In this document: one piece after another, positions 1 to 13,900 of the stretch
How positions within the stretch are numbered: the stretch's first letter is position 1
Layout of the letters: each line of letters begins with the position of its first letter
NCBI GenBank assembly: GCA_023213395.1
Contig: CM041465.1
Span: forward strand, 251,913,741-251,977,740
Length of the DNA stretch: 64,000 nt
DNA from: Cycas panzhihuaensis
Taxonomy: Eukaryota; Plantae; Cycadophyta
Direction of reading: 5' to 3'
Made by a program: the position numbers and the translations under genes
The notes under the pieces: generated by a model
Seen by the model: the letters and a program-made list of their open reading frames with translations, nothing else
The model's database searches: none
Told to the model about the DNA's origin: nothing

Positions 1-2422
1 CTCCTCATAATAATATTTCTTGTTTAAACTAGTATTTGCTTAGATTCTGTAGTAAAAAAGGCTATCCTACAAAGTGAAAGGCAACTTAAGACCATTACTA
101 GTGATTTTCCTTTTTTTTTTTATTGCAAAAAAAAAATGAATTAATTGAACAACAAAACTATATGAAATAAATTAAACATGTCATTCAATCTAGGCTAAAA
201 TTTGACATATATATAATGATTGAATGCTCCAAATAATATAAAAACAAAGGTGGGAGACCACCTCATTGGTTATATTAATAAGTTAAATAGTACATTTACT
301 AGGATTCACAATCCCAAAGTGTCCAATATACCTAACAAAACCTAAATCCCTTTCTTCCTACTTTCTACATAGTATTGTCCTCATAGACAATTAAATACAC
401 CAAAAAAAAAAAGTTTCTCTTGAAAAATCTTGCACAACAAGGTATTATAGTTAAATATTACATTTATGGTTCAAAACCATAATAAAATCTTGTATAAGCA
501 AAATGTTTCATTCTATAAAAATATCCTATGCATAATAACATTCCTGCATATAAACTTCTTTTTTCATCTCTAGTAGAATTTCTCGTAAGCACATCCACAT
601 ACATATTAGCATACATTTATGAAGCCATTGAATAATAAATAAAAACCCAAAAAATAAAAATAGAGGTGTGTGTGGGGGGGGGAGGGGAGTTTGGGGGTTT
701 GCGCATAGAGAATTCTCCATTCATTAATGTCATTTGGTCTCAACATGAGATCATAGTTTAACATTGCATATGTCCTTCCATCAAATAAACCTTTACATGC
801 TCCCTACACTTAACTTGTATTGTAGTATACATGAATGTATGTGTGCATACCTTGCACTAAATGGTCATTGCCTTCTTACTAGATGCAAGTTGACTACCTT
901 TAACAAGCTTCATTTTCTTAAGGAGTCTTGGGTTTCTAGCCATTATTGCCCCCTACTGATCTCGAGTGCTCACCATCACATAGTTTCGCAGACTACCTAT
1001 GTTAATCAAGGAGCCATCATTCAATTCTACAAATCACATTGTTCATTATATACCAGTCACATTTGCTACCATCCATTTAACTTACACTCTGCAAGTTTAC
1101 AATAGTTGTCTAAAGCCATTAACATTGGAAAGCCATCGTTCACTGCCAACAACCTCCATTCAATCTGTAAAATAAATTGTAATAACAAAAATTTTATGAT
1201 TTATATGACCCAAAACCTTATTGCCCTACATTGTTTGATACATCTATTGGTCAACAATAAAATGTAATTTATTTTTTATCTATAAAAGTTTTGAGTCAGG
1301 TATGGTGATTTACACCACCCCTTCCAACCTAATAACATTTCATTCAATCAATCTTTATGGTATTAATTCCCTGCCTCAAAAACTTATAACATTATATTGA
1401 ATGATCCTTTACAACATAAACCCACCCCCACTCTTAAATATCATGTCAAATAGTTCCATGGCATTCAAACTCATATCCATTTTGCTAAAAGATTAGTCCA
1501 CCATACATTAAACATATATGCCTAATGTACAGTCATTTACTCCATAGTTTTTTTCCTTTCTTTAATAACACACTTCCACACAATGTTTTTTAATGTTATT
1601 TAACACATTTTAAAAGATATTTCTTTGAATTTTTATAATTCATATTTACAAGTGCAAACACACATATTCACAAGTGTAAACACACATATTCACTTTTATA
1701 ACATACCTTTCTTTTCTTTATGTTTAATAATATGTTGACTAGTTCACATTATTTTTTATGAAAGTATGAATGAGTAGACAAAGGGGTGGATTGCATACAA
1801 TACTTTTCTTATTGATAACACATTATGTTAGGGCATTTAAATATTAGCTTTTTAACCATTTCCCATATTATTTTAAGTTGAAAATTTTTGCATGCATTGA
1901 GCAATTAAACATGTCCATTTAAATTAAATTCTTTCAATAATATTTTGTGACCGATAATGTGTATAAAAATATTAAGCATATGTTCAATTATTTTTATACT
2001 TTGTTATCTTCAAATACTATACACATCACAAACATTGTTTTTCACATATGCACGCAACAATTTGTGTTAACCATCACCTTTTTGTATGACTCTAAATGTT
2101 TATTACACATGCACATCTTATGTGTTCTATTGCTTGTAAGTACATTTTGATATGCATTTCTAATGTTTATGTTTACACATATGTTTATGGGTCTTGATAT
2201 ATATATTTGTTAAACTAATCTCCTAAAAATCACATGTTCTTTTCACAATTCTATTACAGCACTTGTGTTTGGTAACCAATTCATAATTGACCTTTTTGCC
2301 AATGGACACTTTTAGGTATTAAACTACATGGCTCTTTTGATTAATCCATTAAAGGACTTGAGCACATTAACTTCATTAACAAGCCCATAGTCAACTATTC
2401 AAAATGGCCTTAATCTCAGGAA

Positions 2423-5400
2423 TGGCCCCCATGACCAATATTCTAGTACCTAGTAGCTCAAATTATATCAATTAGAAGGTCAAAGCCTCTAACCAACTTA
2501 AACAACAAAAGTTGTGAAGATATATCACTAGTGAATTTTTAAAAACTTCTACCGATTATCCAAATGCATATATGTTGTATCTAATGAATTGTGATGGTGC
2601 CTTAAGGACCATCCTCTTATCTTTGTCACCTGACATACAACAACAATTCACTAGCACAAATAAACTTGCCAAAGCTTACAAAAAGTTAAAAAACCAAATA
2701 TGAAAAAGTTGACAATATGTGAGTCGCTGCACTGAGACAAAAATCATATGACCTTAAGTTTAAAGATTTATCCAAAGTTGAGGATTTTTTATCTAGTTTA
2801 CAATCCATTAATATCAATTTAGGAGGTTGAGTTAAGCCTTCTATTACTATAGGTGAAAGAATTATCACTACAACACATGCCAATGACAATGATACTCTCA
2901 TCTAGCTTACAATAAATAAACTACCAAAAACTTACAACCAATACAAGACCATGAGACAACAATGCAATCATCCAACCATATCATTTGATGAACTAACAAG
3001 AGAGTTGATCAAATACCAATCTATACTCATTCAAACAGGCAAAAGACAAGACTTGTCACAAGCTCTTTTTTCACATATTAGATCATCTCAATGACCTAAA
3101 CTCCAAAATCTACCACATAATGCAACTAAAACATATAATAATTCAAGACCTCAAAAACACAACATAGGTCCTACTATAAAATATTACAATACAAATTCAA
3201 AATATAACAACTCAAACTCTAGTTCGTCAAGAAGTTTTAACCAACACTTAGTGCAGAATCATCCTACATAGTTGAGTCTTAGCTCATATGGAAACTTTAC
3301 TAAAAAACCTACTCAAAATATAAAGTACAATTCAAACTTGTACTTGTTGCCACAAAAAGGGGTATACCAAAATGGTTTTTAGAAATTGAATAGTTGCTCA
3401 GGGATAGAAAGCCTCCAAAGGGATTCAACAAGGATTCCATGGCTCTTTAATTACATCCACCTCAATCATTTCTGCTCCTATTTCATCATCAACCCCTTAG
3501 GTCCTAGACTCAAGTACCTCTCATGATGTGACAACACACTAAACCTTCTTTTCCTTGTATGAACCTCGAGTTAATTCATGTGAGGAAATATCCTTTGGAA
3601 GTGGTTCTCATTTGAAAGTCATTAGAACGGGGAATGTTTCACTCAAGAATAGTTCCATTGACAATGTATTTTATGTCCCGAGTTTATTTCCAAACCTTTT
3701 ATCTGTATATTAGATCTACCAAAAGGATCTCGCAGTTGAATTCTGAAAGGACAAGTATATAATAAAACAACCCTTCAATGACTTTAAAGGTATTACTTCC
3801 AGACTATTTCATCATAAAGCCAATCTCTATAATCTTATTGATCTAACAAATAAACTAAGAAGACAACATTTACTTCTTATGTAACCCAATCTAATCCAAC
3901 TAGTAAATTATGGCATGAATTCTTTGACCATATTAATTATGGCAAGTTACACATCTAAACTAGCATAACATGGTTCACGGATTATCTATATTATGTTTAG
4001 TGCACGGTACTAGTGAAGCTTATGTACTAGACAAACAACTAGACACTTTCCCTAATAAAACAACATTTAAGACCAAACAACCCTTATAACCAGTTCACTC
4101 TAATATATATGGACCATTTCAGGTCCCTTCTTAATTAAAAAGTAATTATTTCATTACTTTCATTAATGACTTTTCCAGAACATGCAAAATCTATATTATC
4201 AAAAAGTGCAGTGAACTATTTGATTGGTTTATTGAGTTTAAAGATTTAGTAGAAAGTCAGTCCAACTATAGGATACAAATTCTTAAAACTCATAATGTTT
4301 AAGAGTACTTAAGTAAGCTATTTATCTAATTTAGCAAAAAGAATGGCATTAGATATCAACATTTTATTGCCTACATATAGCAACAAAATGGTATTACTGA
4401 AAGAAAAGATCAAACCTTAGTTGAAATGGCTTGATGCATCCTACACTATAAATAATTAGATCTTAAACTTTGATCAGAAGTTGTAAACTTTTCAAACAAC
4501 CTTCTTTATAGGATACCTACCAAAGTTGTGAACATTGCCCCTAAAGACAAGTGATTAGGAAGGAAACCCTCGATTAAACATCTAAAATTCTTTAAAAGCA
4601 TTGCCTGGACTCATGTCCCAAAATAAAGAAGACAAAAACTAGACCCTTAAAGATCCAAGTTTATCTTTGTTAGATATAGTGAAAAAAGCAAAGAATACAG
4701 ATTATTTGATCTCGTTATTGATAGAATCTCTATTAGAAGACATGTTAAATTTAACGAAAAAGGCTCAAGCTTCCACTCAATTAGTGATTATATTTATTCT
4801 CCCCTACTTACTACTAACATAACACTTGATTCAAATGAATCTAATTGCTTAGTTCCTTGTCATAAAAACCTCATTAAAAATTATGTTGATGACTTAGAAT
4901 TACTTCAAACACTTACAACGAGTGATTCCAATACAAAAAATCAAAGTAATTCATAACTAATATCTACTAACTCTATTAATGAAAGTCCACAAGTCTAAAA
5001 ATAGTCAAAATAGGTCCAAAAGGCCATTACAATTGTTGAATTTAATGTTGGTGATCCTTCAAAAATATGAAGAAATAAATCTCAAAGATTGCAAACTAAC
5101 TTTTATTTCATGGCCAAAGTCATGACTTAGATAGATCCAAAAAGTTTCAAAGAAGTTAAAGAGAGTCCAATTTAGAAAATGACAACAAACCTGAGAATGA
5201 CACATTAATAAGAAATTGCACATAGGACTTAGTTCCCCTTCCTCATAGAAATAACTAAGTTGGGTGTAAATGGATTTACCGCATTAAGTATAACTCACAA
5301 AGTGCAATTGAAAAATACAAAGCTAGGTTAATAGCACAAGTAAATGGATTTCGTACACTGATGGGATTATTTCATAAGCTAATGGGATTGACTATAATGA

Positions 5401-7106
5401 AACCTTTACTCCAGTTATCAAATTGAACACAATCAAAATCGTTCTCTCTTTATCAATCAAGTTTGGATGAGAGATCTATCGAATTAATAAAGAGTGCATT
5501 TTTAAATGGTGATTTGGATGAAAAATTTTACGTAACTCAACCACTTGGTTTTGTTTCTAACCCCAACCTAGTTTGTAGACTTAAAATAACACTGCATGGT
5601 CTCAAATAAGCCCCTAGGTCTTGGTATGATAAGATTGATAAATATCATTTTCAAAATGGCTTTAGTAAATATGTCAATGATCTTAACTTATATTTCAAAA
5701 AAAAAAGTAATAACATTATTCTTTTAGTTTTATATATCAATGACATTATTATTATTAATTCTTTGTGTATTGCACTTTTAGCTTTAAAATCTAAGCTAAT
5801 GTCAAATGTTAAAATGATTAACCTAAGTCTACTCCATTATTTTCTTGGTCTTCAAGTCTACCAAACAGGATTAGATATATTCATCTTATAACCCAAAGAT
5901 TTAATATGGAAACTTATAAGTTAGCACCTACTCCTCTCCAGCCAAGAATTAAATTTACTTTTAATTTTGAGTTTCCTTTAATATATGCCACTTAATATTG
6001 ACAAGGAATTGGCAATTTAATTTACCTAATACATACTTGTCATAATATTTCTTATGCAATTTCTCTATCTTTACTATTCATGTAAAAACTCCATGACTCA
6101 TACAAGAAAGCAACTAAGAGAATTTCTTGCTACCTACACGTTACCATACACTATGGCCTTGATTACAATTACATTAACCCTGATCTTCAATTAGATGGTT
6201 TTACATATTCTAATTTGGCTAGAGGATGTTGATGAAAGGAAATCTATTGTCGGTCATGTTTTCTTTCTTGATTCTACTCCAATCACGTGGATGAGCAAGA
6301 AAATGCTATATCTAGCTCTCTCTATAACTAAACCAAAATATCATGCCTTAGTTAAATCTAGCAAAGAAGCCTTATGGATAAAGTCTATGCATGATCAAAT
6401 TGGTTTTCCTTTTAGTTCTATATTAATTAATATTAATAATCAGAGTGTTATTTCTATTGCTACTAATCTTATTTGTCATTGAAGAACTGAACATATTGAG
6501 CTTCATCAACAATTTATTCATAACTTGGTTAATGATGACATTCTTTAACTTTTGTATTGTCCTATAGATGTACAGGTTGCAAACATCATGACCAAGTCTC
6601 TCACTAAATCCAAGCTTTTGAAGTTACAAGAACTTCTAAAAGTTGAAGTCTCCATCAAAGTAGGATCTACATGATGAAGTCTTCTTCAATTCTTGCATTT
6701 CCCAGGTCAATGTTGAAGGGGGATGTTAGAATATTAATATAATTATGTATCATTATACCTTTAAAATATTGTCTTGAATAGCTTTGTTATTAATCTCTAG
6801 ATAAAGTATATTATTAAATTATTAAATTTTATTTTAATTTTATTATTATGAATAATTAAGTAACATGTGGGTTTTTTGTTATGTGGACAATGGGTGTAGA
6901 TACCATATCCATTCCATGCATAATGCACAAAAAACATAATACACTACGATATAATTTTTCTATTATTTATTATTTACTTAAAGGTGTTTCTTTTACCTAA
7001 AAGGGTTTTTTCACCTCTCAAATTTCTGCTGTTGTTTTGTGTGATTATTATGATCCAAGTGTCTCCTGAATCTTGTGTTTTTCATGCATTTGTATTGATT
7101 CCAATA
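2423..7106 (+). mobile_element. Degenerate Ty1/Copia LTR retrotransposon (gag-PR-INT-RT-RH relics plus 3' LTR; 5' LTR not seen)
   Basis: Motifs appear in Copia order with many stops and frameshifts: gag N-term NYIN*KVK..L*RYIT (~2460), protease LDSSTSH (~3505), LWH..DHIN (~3907), VHSNIYGP (~4093), QQNGITERK (4381), VGCKWIY (~5259), YINDI (~5732), RNase H ORF 6195-6482 and RTEHIE (~6484). PPT aaggggga 6716-6723 is followed by TGTTAG at 6724. The LTR end is approximate. Confidence 0.85.
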
Positions 7107-7136
7107 ATATAATACGTGATATATTGTCTCTAGCTA

Positions 7137-7700
7137 TCAAACCAAATTGATGTGTAACTCTACTCTCAATTTTAGTCTAGGATTTCCAACATAGTAATCC
7201 ATAGTTTGGTATAATGGAAGGTCTACTTTACTGAGTACTCTCTCAAAATTTTCAATATACTCTAGAACTATGGACTCAAAACTAAAACAAGTGGACAAAT
7301 TAGATGTTGTATGGCTCTCCCTATTTTCTTGAGGTGTAGGTAATAGAGTCAACCCTAAATTTGTTGTAACTAGTTTATGTGGTTATAGTAGCTCTAAACC
7401 AATTGTTGCCTAAAGTAAAAGCATGTCCTTCAAGCTTATTTTTCCTGAACCATACCTATTCATATCTTGTTATGGTTCTTACATTTGATATTGCACCTTC
7501 AACCTCTATTAACCATTCTTCTAGTTTAATCAGTCCTTTCAACCTAACCAATGCACTTTATGTTCATCTTGATTATATAGGGAGCCTTGGATGCTTTATC
7601 TTATGGCTAAAATTGATCTCGTAATTTGAAACTATGCCCCCAAGGTCTTGCCAGTGGCATTTTCCTTTGTTGATTCTAACTTAATATAGGTATTTCTTCT
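7137..7700 (-). pseudogene. Ty3/Gypsy-like gag remnant
   Basis: Minus-strand translation gives LEEWLIEVEGAI...KLEGHAFT and EYIENFERVLSKVDLP...DYYV...LRVEL, resembling Retrotrans_gag. No LTR or pol was found. Confidence 0.45.
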
Positions 7701-10447
7701 TGTCTTAACCCTATTAAGGTCTACAACATCTATCTAATTTTATCCATGCTCTATTGGATTTCTCTCTATCCTTCTTTGAGGCTATCTAACCTTTTATTCC
7801 ATGTTTTCAAGGCCAACATACATTACGCTCTATACAACATCTAATAATTTAGCATCGATTTCCATTCCAGAGACTTTGGTAGCCCACTTAGTAAAATCTA
7901 TTTCTAAAGTTACCAAGGTTCTAAAACCTACTTTCCTAGTAGGCATGGTGCTTCTGGTTTCGACCTAACTAGATAAGTGGTTACAAACTAATAGGGTTGG
8001 ATTGGAATAATTGGTAACAAATATGGTCCATAGTGGTTTTGGACAAGTGGCTACTCCAACTTTGGGAATTAGGATACTAGGGTTAAGTGAGAGTAGATTC
8101 AAGGTATATTCAGCTAATGGAAATGAAAATTGTGAAGCCTTGATTCTAGGTCAATGATAGCTTGGAAGTAGACACCTCTCCTTCGTTTTGAGAATATTAT
8201 AGTCTTACAATTAAAATGGAACTCTCATAAAAGGATTAATTATTTTCAAAAATACTATGATTAAGATGTGTTAAATTTTAAATTTTTTTAAAATATATAC
8301 TTAACCTAGATAAGAAATAAGATATATTCCTCATTTTATTCCTTGAAAGGGAATACTCTGATTTTAAGACCAAATGTTTAATAAACTATAAGTATTCTAA
8401 ATCATAAAGGAAGATTCTAAATTTTTAAATTAAAAAAAAAACAATATACTAATGCTAGGTAACAAAATTCGATTTTCTTATGATAAGGCTAACTTATGGG
8501 GAACATAAAATAAAATATTTACCTAGAAAAACTTTCCTATGTGGCATGTGACCTACAAAGTTTTGGGTGGGGCAAAGATAACCTATGCGAATAGGAAGAT
8601 GGCAATAAGGGGATTGACAGTTTAATATGATCCTACAAGGCTATTCTACCACCTTTTGAGGAATACAAGTCATGTGGCAAAGTTGCCTAGTTCAAAGGTG
8701 TTGTTATGCCAATGACAATGCCACTCATCAAAAGACCTCAACCACTACTACTAAGAGTTTATTTATGACACAGAAATTAATGTTGGTCCACAAAGGAGCC
8801 ACTATAGGTAGTAGGTAGTAGTTGTTGATTGTTGGTAAACCTTGAAGGATCTTATTTAGCTCTGATGCAAATTGTTGCATTCAAAGATGTTATCAGAGTA
8901 ACAAGGAATAAAAATAATAAAAATGGCAATAAATGGAAGGTTACATATAGTTTAAGGCAACCTCATCACCCAACGTAGAGAATGGAGACCTTGTCTCTAA
9001 CAGTACAATCAAAGCACAAGCCTCTCCAAGAGAAATTACGAACAATAATCCAAAATTAGTGATATACTCTCCTTCTACTCACATGGATTAAAATACATGA
9101 TAGTAACACATTTAATATTAATTATTAGAGCAAACTTGGTTGTGACTTGGATCACAATAAGTTGTTTCAAATTCCTCTTCTAAACCTTAAGAAGGGAGCA
9201 CAATGTACAAAAATTTATGCCATTGAAATCGACCATGGAAAACTCTAGAAATGGTCAAAGACAGTTAACAAGTTTAGTAATTACTATAATAAGGTATTTT
9301 GGTCCCAAGAACCCTCAATCAAGAACAAAAGAACCATGGGAGATTCTAAACCTAATAATCAATAGAGACTTGAAAGAGCGTTTGCATTTAGTTCTGAAGA
9401 TGTTGAGAGCTTCTCTCATGAGATGATTTGTAACACCCATCTAAAACTTGTTGAAATTCATGTCACCATTGTAGAGATGGTTGATGAAAAGGGCCATAGT
9501 ATTGTTGGCTTCCCTTGTGAATTTTATGAAGTAGCTTTTGTCTACAATACTCTAATATTCTTAAAGGCTATTAAGTGGCCTTTGGAATAAGATCTCTTTG
9601 ACCCAAAATCAATAAGATGGCATTAAGCTCATTCGTAAATAAAGACATATTAGGCCCTTGCCAAAAGAGTTATAACATATCCCTCTAGAATTGTTAAATT
9701 GTAGCATATATGATTTGTCTACGTAGGTACATTTTGGACAACCTTAAGTTTGATTTAGTGTGCATAGAATAGGCTAGAAAACCCTCCTAATAAAACCATT
9801 TTATGAAATTTGACTTTTAAAGTCCTTATGCCAAGATCAAATGGTGATTTTATAAGACCCAAGATTTGGTGAAAGATTTTTAAAAATGGTAAACATATTC
9901 TTCTCTAATGGTTATAATTGTATCTCCATTAGGAATTGCACTACCAAACTTAATCTAACCAAAGTAGGTCAACACATAGCTCTTCCTCTATGTATTTTGT
10001 AGTTTTTGCCACTGGCTATTTAATCTATCACAAGACATATAGGGACTCATCAAAGGTATCTAACATCTAAGGGAAGAAAATCAACATCTAATAAATATAA
10101 GTGGATTATAAGGGTTAGCAAGGACAAGAAAGCATGAAAAGTCTTAATTAAATATAAAATAGCTTAAGAAAGAAACTTGACCAGAATGGATTCAAGCTCT
10201 TACCCCAAGCCTTGTTAATCACTCTAGTCTCAAATACATCAAGAAAGTAATTATATCTTAAAGAGCATATGGAAAGCTTATCATTTGACAACTAGAGAGG
10301 TAAGCATCTACTAAAAGGAATGCCTAAATGTCCTCAATCAGTATGTTGGTCATTCATTTTAACTATAGAAAAACTCTACTTATAACAAACCCCATGGTTT
10401 GAATCCAACAGGATTTTTACAAAAAGACCATTGCATAATGTTTGATT

Positions 10448-10915
10448 TGCTAGAACCTTAAAGTTCTATTGTTAAATTATGTATTATGTAAATGTACTTT
10501 TTTAATTAATGTGTAAACTACACACCCATACTTTCCTAGTGTTATAACATGTTGTAACTTATGAGCCAATAAACCTTTACCCTCTTTTTATATATCTACA
10601 CATATGCATGTATGTTTGACAATTGTTAAACATGCAAGGTACTTGTGTGTATGATCAACACTTATCGATCATACAACGCACCTAAGGGGAACCTTCTCAT
10701 CTATATAGAGATCATTTTCTCTTATATGGCATAATGAGAGTGGGATGTAATGTTATCCTACTAAGTTGAATATAATTCATTCTTATTGAAGATAAGACAA
10801 ATCCTTTCTCCTCCATATTATCTCATACTTATGTGCTTGTTGTTTTCAAGCTTGTTGTGGATGTAAATCATCTTTATCTAGTCCTTCATTATCCCCTTAT
10901 GATCCAAATTTATCA
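10448..10915 (+). repeat. 5' LTR of host Copia
   Basis: tgctagaacc...tttatca is colinear with 30498-30943 and is followed by the PBS. Confidence 0.85.
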
Positions 10916-10948
10916 TTTTGGTATTAAAGTTATTTTTTATAGGGTTTC

Positions 10949-13900
10949 TGTGAGAGTTTGTTTATATGTTGTTGGATGGTAATATCAGAGATGCATGGAA
11001 GATAGCTTTGTTATTGATTCACAATGCATATATACAATGAGAGCAACAACTACCTAATAACTATCTAATATGTGGATGACACGTGTCCACCATTTAATTA
11101 CATTACATTAGGGTGGACTTATGTCTTAAGATAAAACATTATATTCTAACACCCTCTCTTAATGTTTTATCCAATTAATCCTATCTTGTCTCTTAATGTT
11201 TGAAATCTTTCCTTTCCTAATGGTTTGGTCAGAATATCTACAATTTGATCATGAGTTGGACAATAGACAAGATCTATTTCTTTATTTTGTACTTTTTTTC
11301 TTATGAAATGGTGCTGAACTTCAATATGTTTAGTTCTGGCATGGAATACTGGATTCTTGGTCAGCTTGATTGTACTTTGATTGTCGCAGAAGAGTGTAGT
11401 TATTGTTTCTTGAGGTACATTTAGATCTTTTAACAACTGTCTGAGCTATATTGCTTCAGTGGTAGCGCTTACTGCTGATTTGTATTCTGCTTTTGTTAAG
11501 GATAATGCTATAGTGACTTGCTTCTTACAACTCCAAGAGATTGGTGAATAGCCCAAAAAGAAGCAAAAGCCACTGGTGGATTTCCTTTGTTCTTTGTCAC
11601 CTGCCCAATCTGAGTCATAGAAACCTGTTAACTGAAGTGATGTTTCTCTTAAAAAGTTTAGTTTTAACTCTATTGTTCCTCTGAGATATCTTAAGATCCT
11701 TTTGGCAGCATTCCAATGTCTTATCTTTGGCTCATGCATGTATCTATATATTAGGCTCACAATATATGAAATGCCAGGTCTTGTTGTTGTGAGACAGATA
11801 AGACTTCTGACAAGTTGCCTGTACAAGGTTGCATCAAAGCAGTGATCTTCTTTATTTGGAGTTAAATTACAATTTACTTCCATTGGAGTAGAGCAAGGAT
11901 TGCAATCTTCCATTATGAACTTAGTTAGTAGATCCTTGATGTACTTACTTTGACACAAGGTAACTGAACTGTCATGTTATTGAATCTAAATCTTTAAGTA
12001 GAAGCTTAGGACTCTGAGATCAGTCATTTCAAATTTGCTTCCCAGTTGTCTCTTTATGTTTGATATAGAAGCTTCATCATTGCCTGTGATGAGCATGTCA
12101 TCAACATAAACTACTATAATGGTTGTTTCTCCATTCTTGCTTTTCTTGTACAAACTTGAGTCAAAACTGCTTCTTAGGAAGCCATTTTTATAGAGGTAAT
12201 TATCTAATTTGGCGTACCAAGTATATGAGACTTGTTTCAATCTATATAGAGCCTTTTTTAACTTGCAGACTAGATGTTCTTGTCCTGCTTTAATATAACC
12301 TTTAGGCTGGGACATATAGACTTCTTCTTCAATTTCTCCATTTAAGAAGGCACTCTTGACGTCCAGTTCATATATTTTTTAGTTTTTACATCCTACTATA
12401 GCTATGATTGTTCTAATAGTATTCAACTTGGCCACTGGAGAAAAGGGTTCTTCGTAGTCTATGCCTGTTGTCTGTGTGTATCATTTTTCAACTAACATGG
12501 CTTTGTGTTTTTCTATTTTTCCACCTGGTCCTCTTTTAATTTTATAAACCCATTTGTAGCCTACAACTGACTTGTTAGAAAGTAGCTCAACTAGCTCCCA
12601 GGTCTGATTTTTTATGATGGAGTCCAATTCAACATCCATGGTGTTCCTCTATTCGACATGTATTTTGGCTTTTGTGAAAGATTGTGGTTCAACATTGCTG
12701 ATTAGAGCCTTTGGTCTTTGGCTTCTTATTCTATGAGGCAGAATTTCTCCTTTGTTTTCTTCTAAGATCTTGAGATACCATTTTGGTAATCTCTTCAAAT
12801 TTTCACCTTCAATTTCTATGGTACTTTCTACAATTTCTAAAGTTGAATCTATGCTTAAGTCGTGTATGGTTTCTTCTTAAGTTTCTTCAGTGATAACACT
12901 GGGTTCTTCTTCTTCTATATGATTATATGGAAGAATTTGAGGTATTATTTCAAGTATCTGAGTACCACTGGTATTTTCTTCTTTGTCCTCCTCATTGAAG
13001 ACAACATCTTGACTTACATAGACCTTATTGGTTATAGGATTAATGCCCTTATATGCTTTTAAATTTTTGTTGTATCCCACCATGATGTATTCAATGCTCT
13101 TTTAGTCCAGTTTCACCATTTTTTTGTCTGGAATATGAACGAATGCTTGGCTATAAAAAACCTTTAAATGACTTATGTTTGGCTTCCTTTCTATCCAGGC
13201 TTCTTCTGGAGTAGATTGATTTACTGCTTTGGTTGGACTCCTGCTTAATAGATAACAGGTCGTGCTAACAGCTTCGACCCAATAGGTCTTAGGGACATTT
13301 TTTGTATATAACATACTTCGTGCCATTTCCATAATGACTCGATTTTTCTATTCTGCAACTCCATTTGATTGAGGCGTATATGGAGTTATAAATTGTCTTT
13401 GTATTCCTCCATTCTTGCAATATTCCAAAAATTCTTTGGAGATGTATTCACCACCTCTATATGATCTTATGCACTTAATTTTGACATTACTTTCTAGCTT
13501 AGCTTCTGCTTTGAACTCTTTAAATGCATCAAGTGCTTCAGATTTTGTATGCAAAAAATAGATCTATATTTTTCTAGTGAAGTCATCTATAAAGGTGAGG
13601 AAGTATCTTTTCCTATTAATTAAGTGTGGAGTGATGGGACCTCAGAGATCAGTGTGTACCAACTCCAATTTTTCTTTGACTCGTCATTTGCTTTCTTGAA
13701 AGAGAAGTCTATGCCATTTGCCAGACTAACGACTTTTACATATAAAGTTATTTGATGTGATATGAGGTAATCCAATCACTAGATTTTTTCTTTCTATGTT
13801 TTTTAGCTTTTCTATGGGAAGATATCCATGAAGTGCCATATTTTATCATTATTACTTATAGTAGTACATGGTTTTACATCAAGTAGAATGGGGTGTGATA

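Noticed and set aside
672-698. G-rich run (and C-rich runs at ~39293 and ~39869) as functional G-quadruplexes
   Set aside because: Simple low-complexity tracts with no supporting context.
526-2150. Short ORFs at the window start
   Set aside because: AT-rich low-complexity translations with no domain or splice support.
8200-10440. Possible decayed coding sequence or TE
   Set aside because: No motif could be identified with confidence on either strand; left unannotated.
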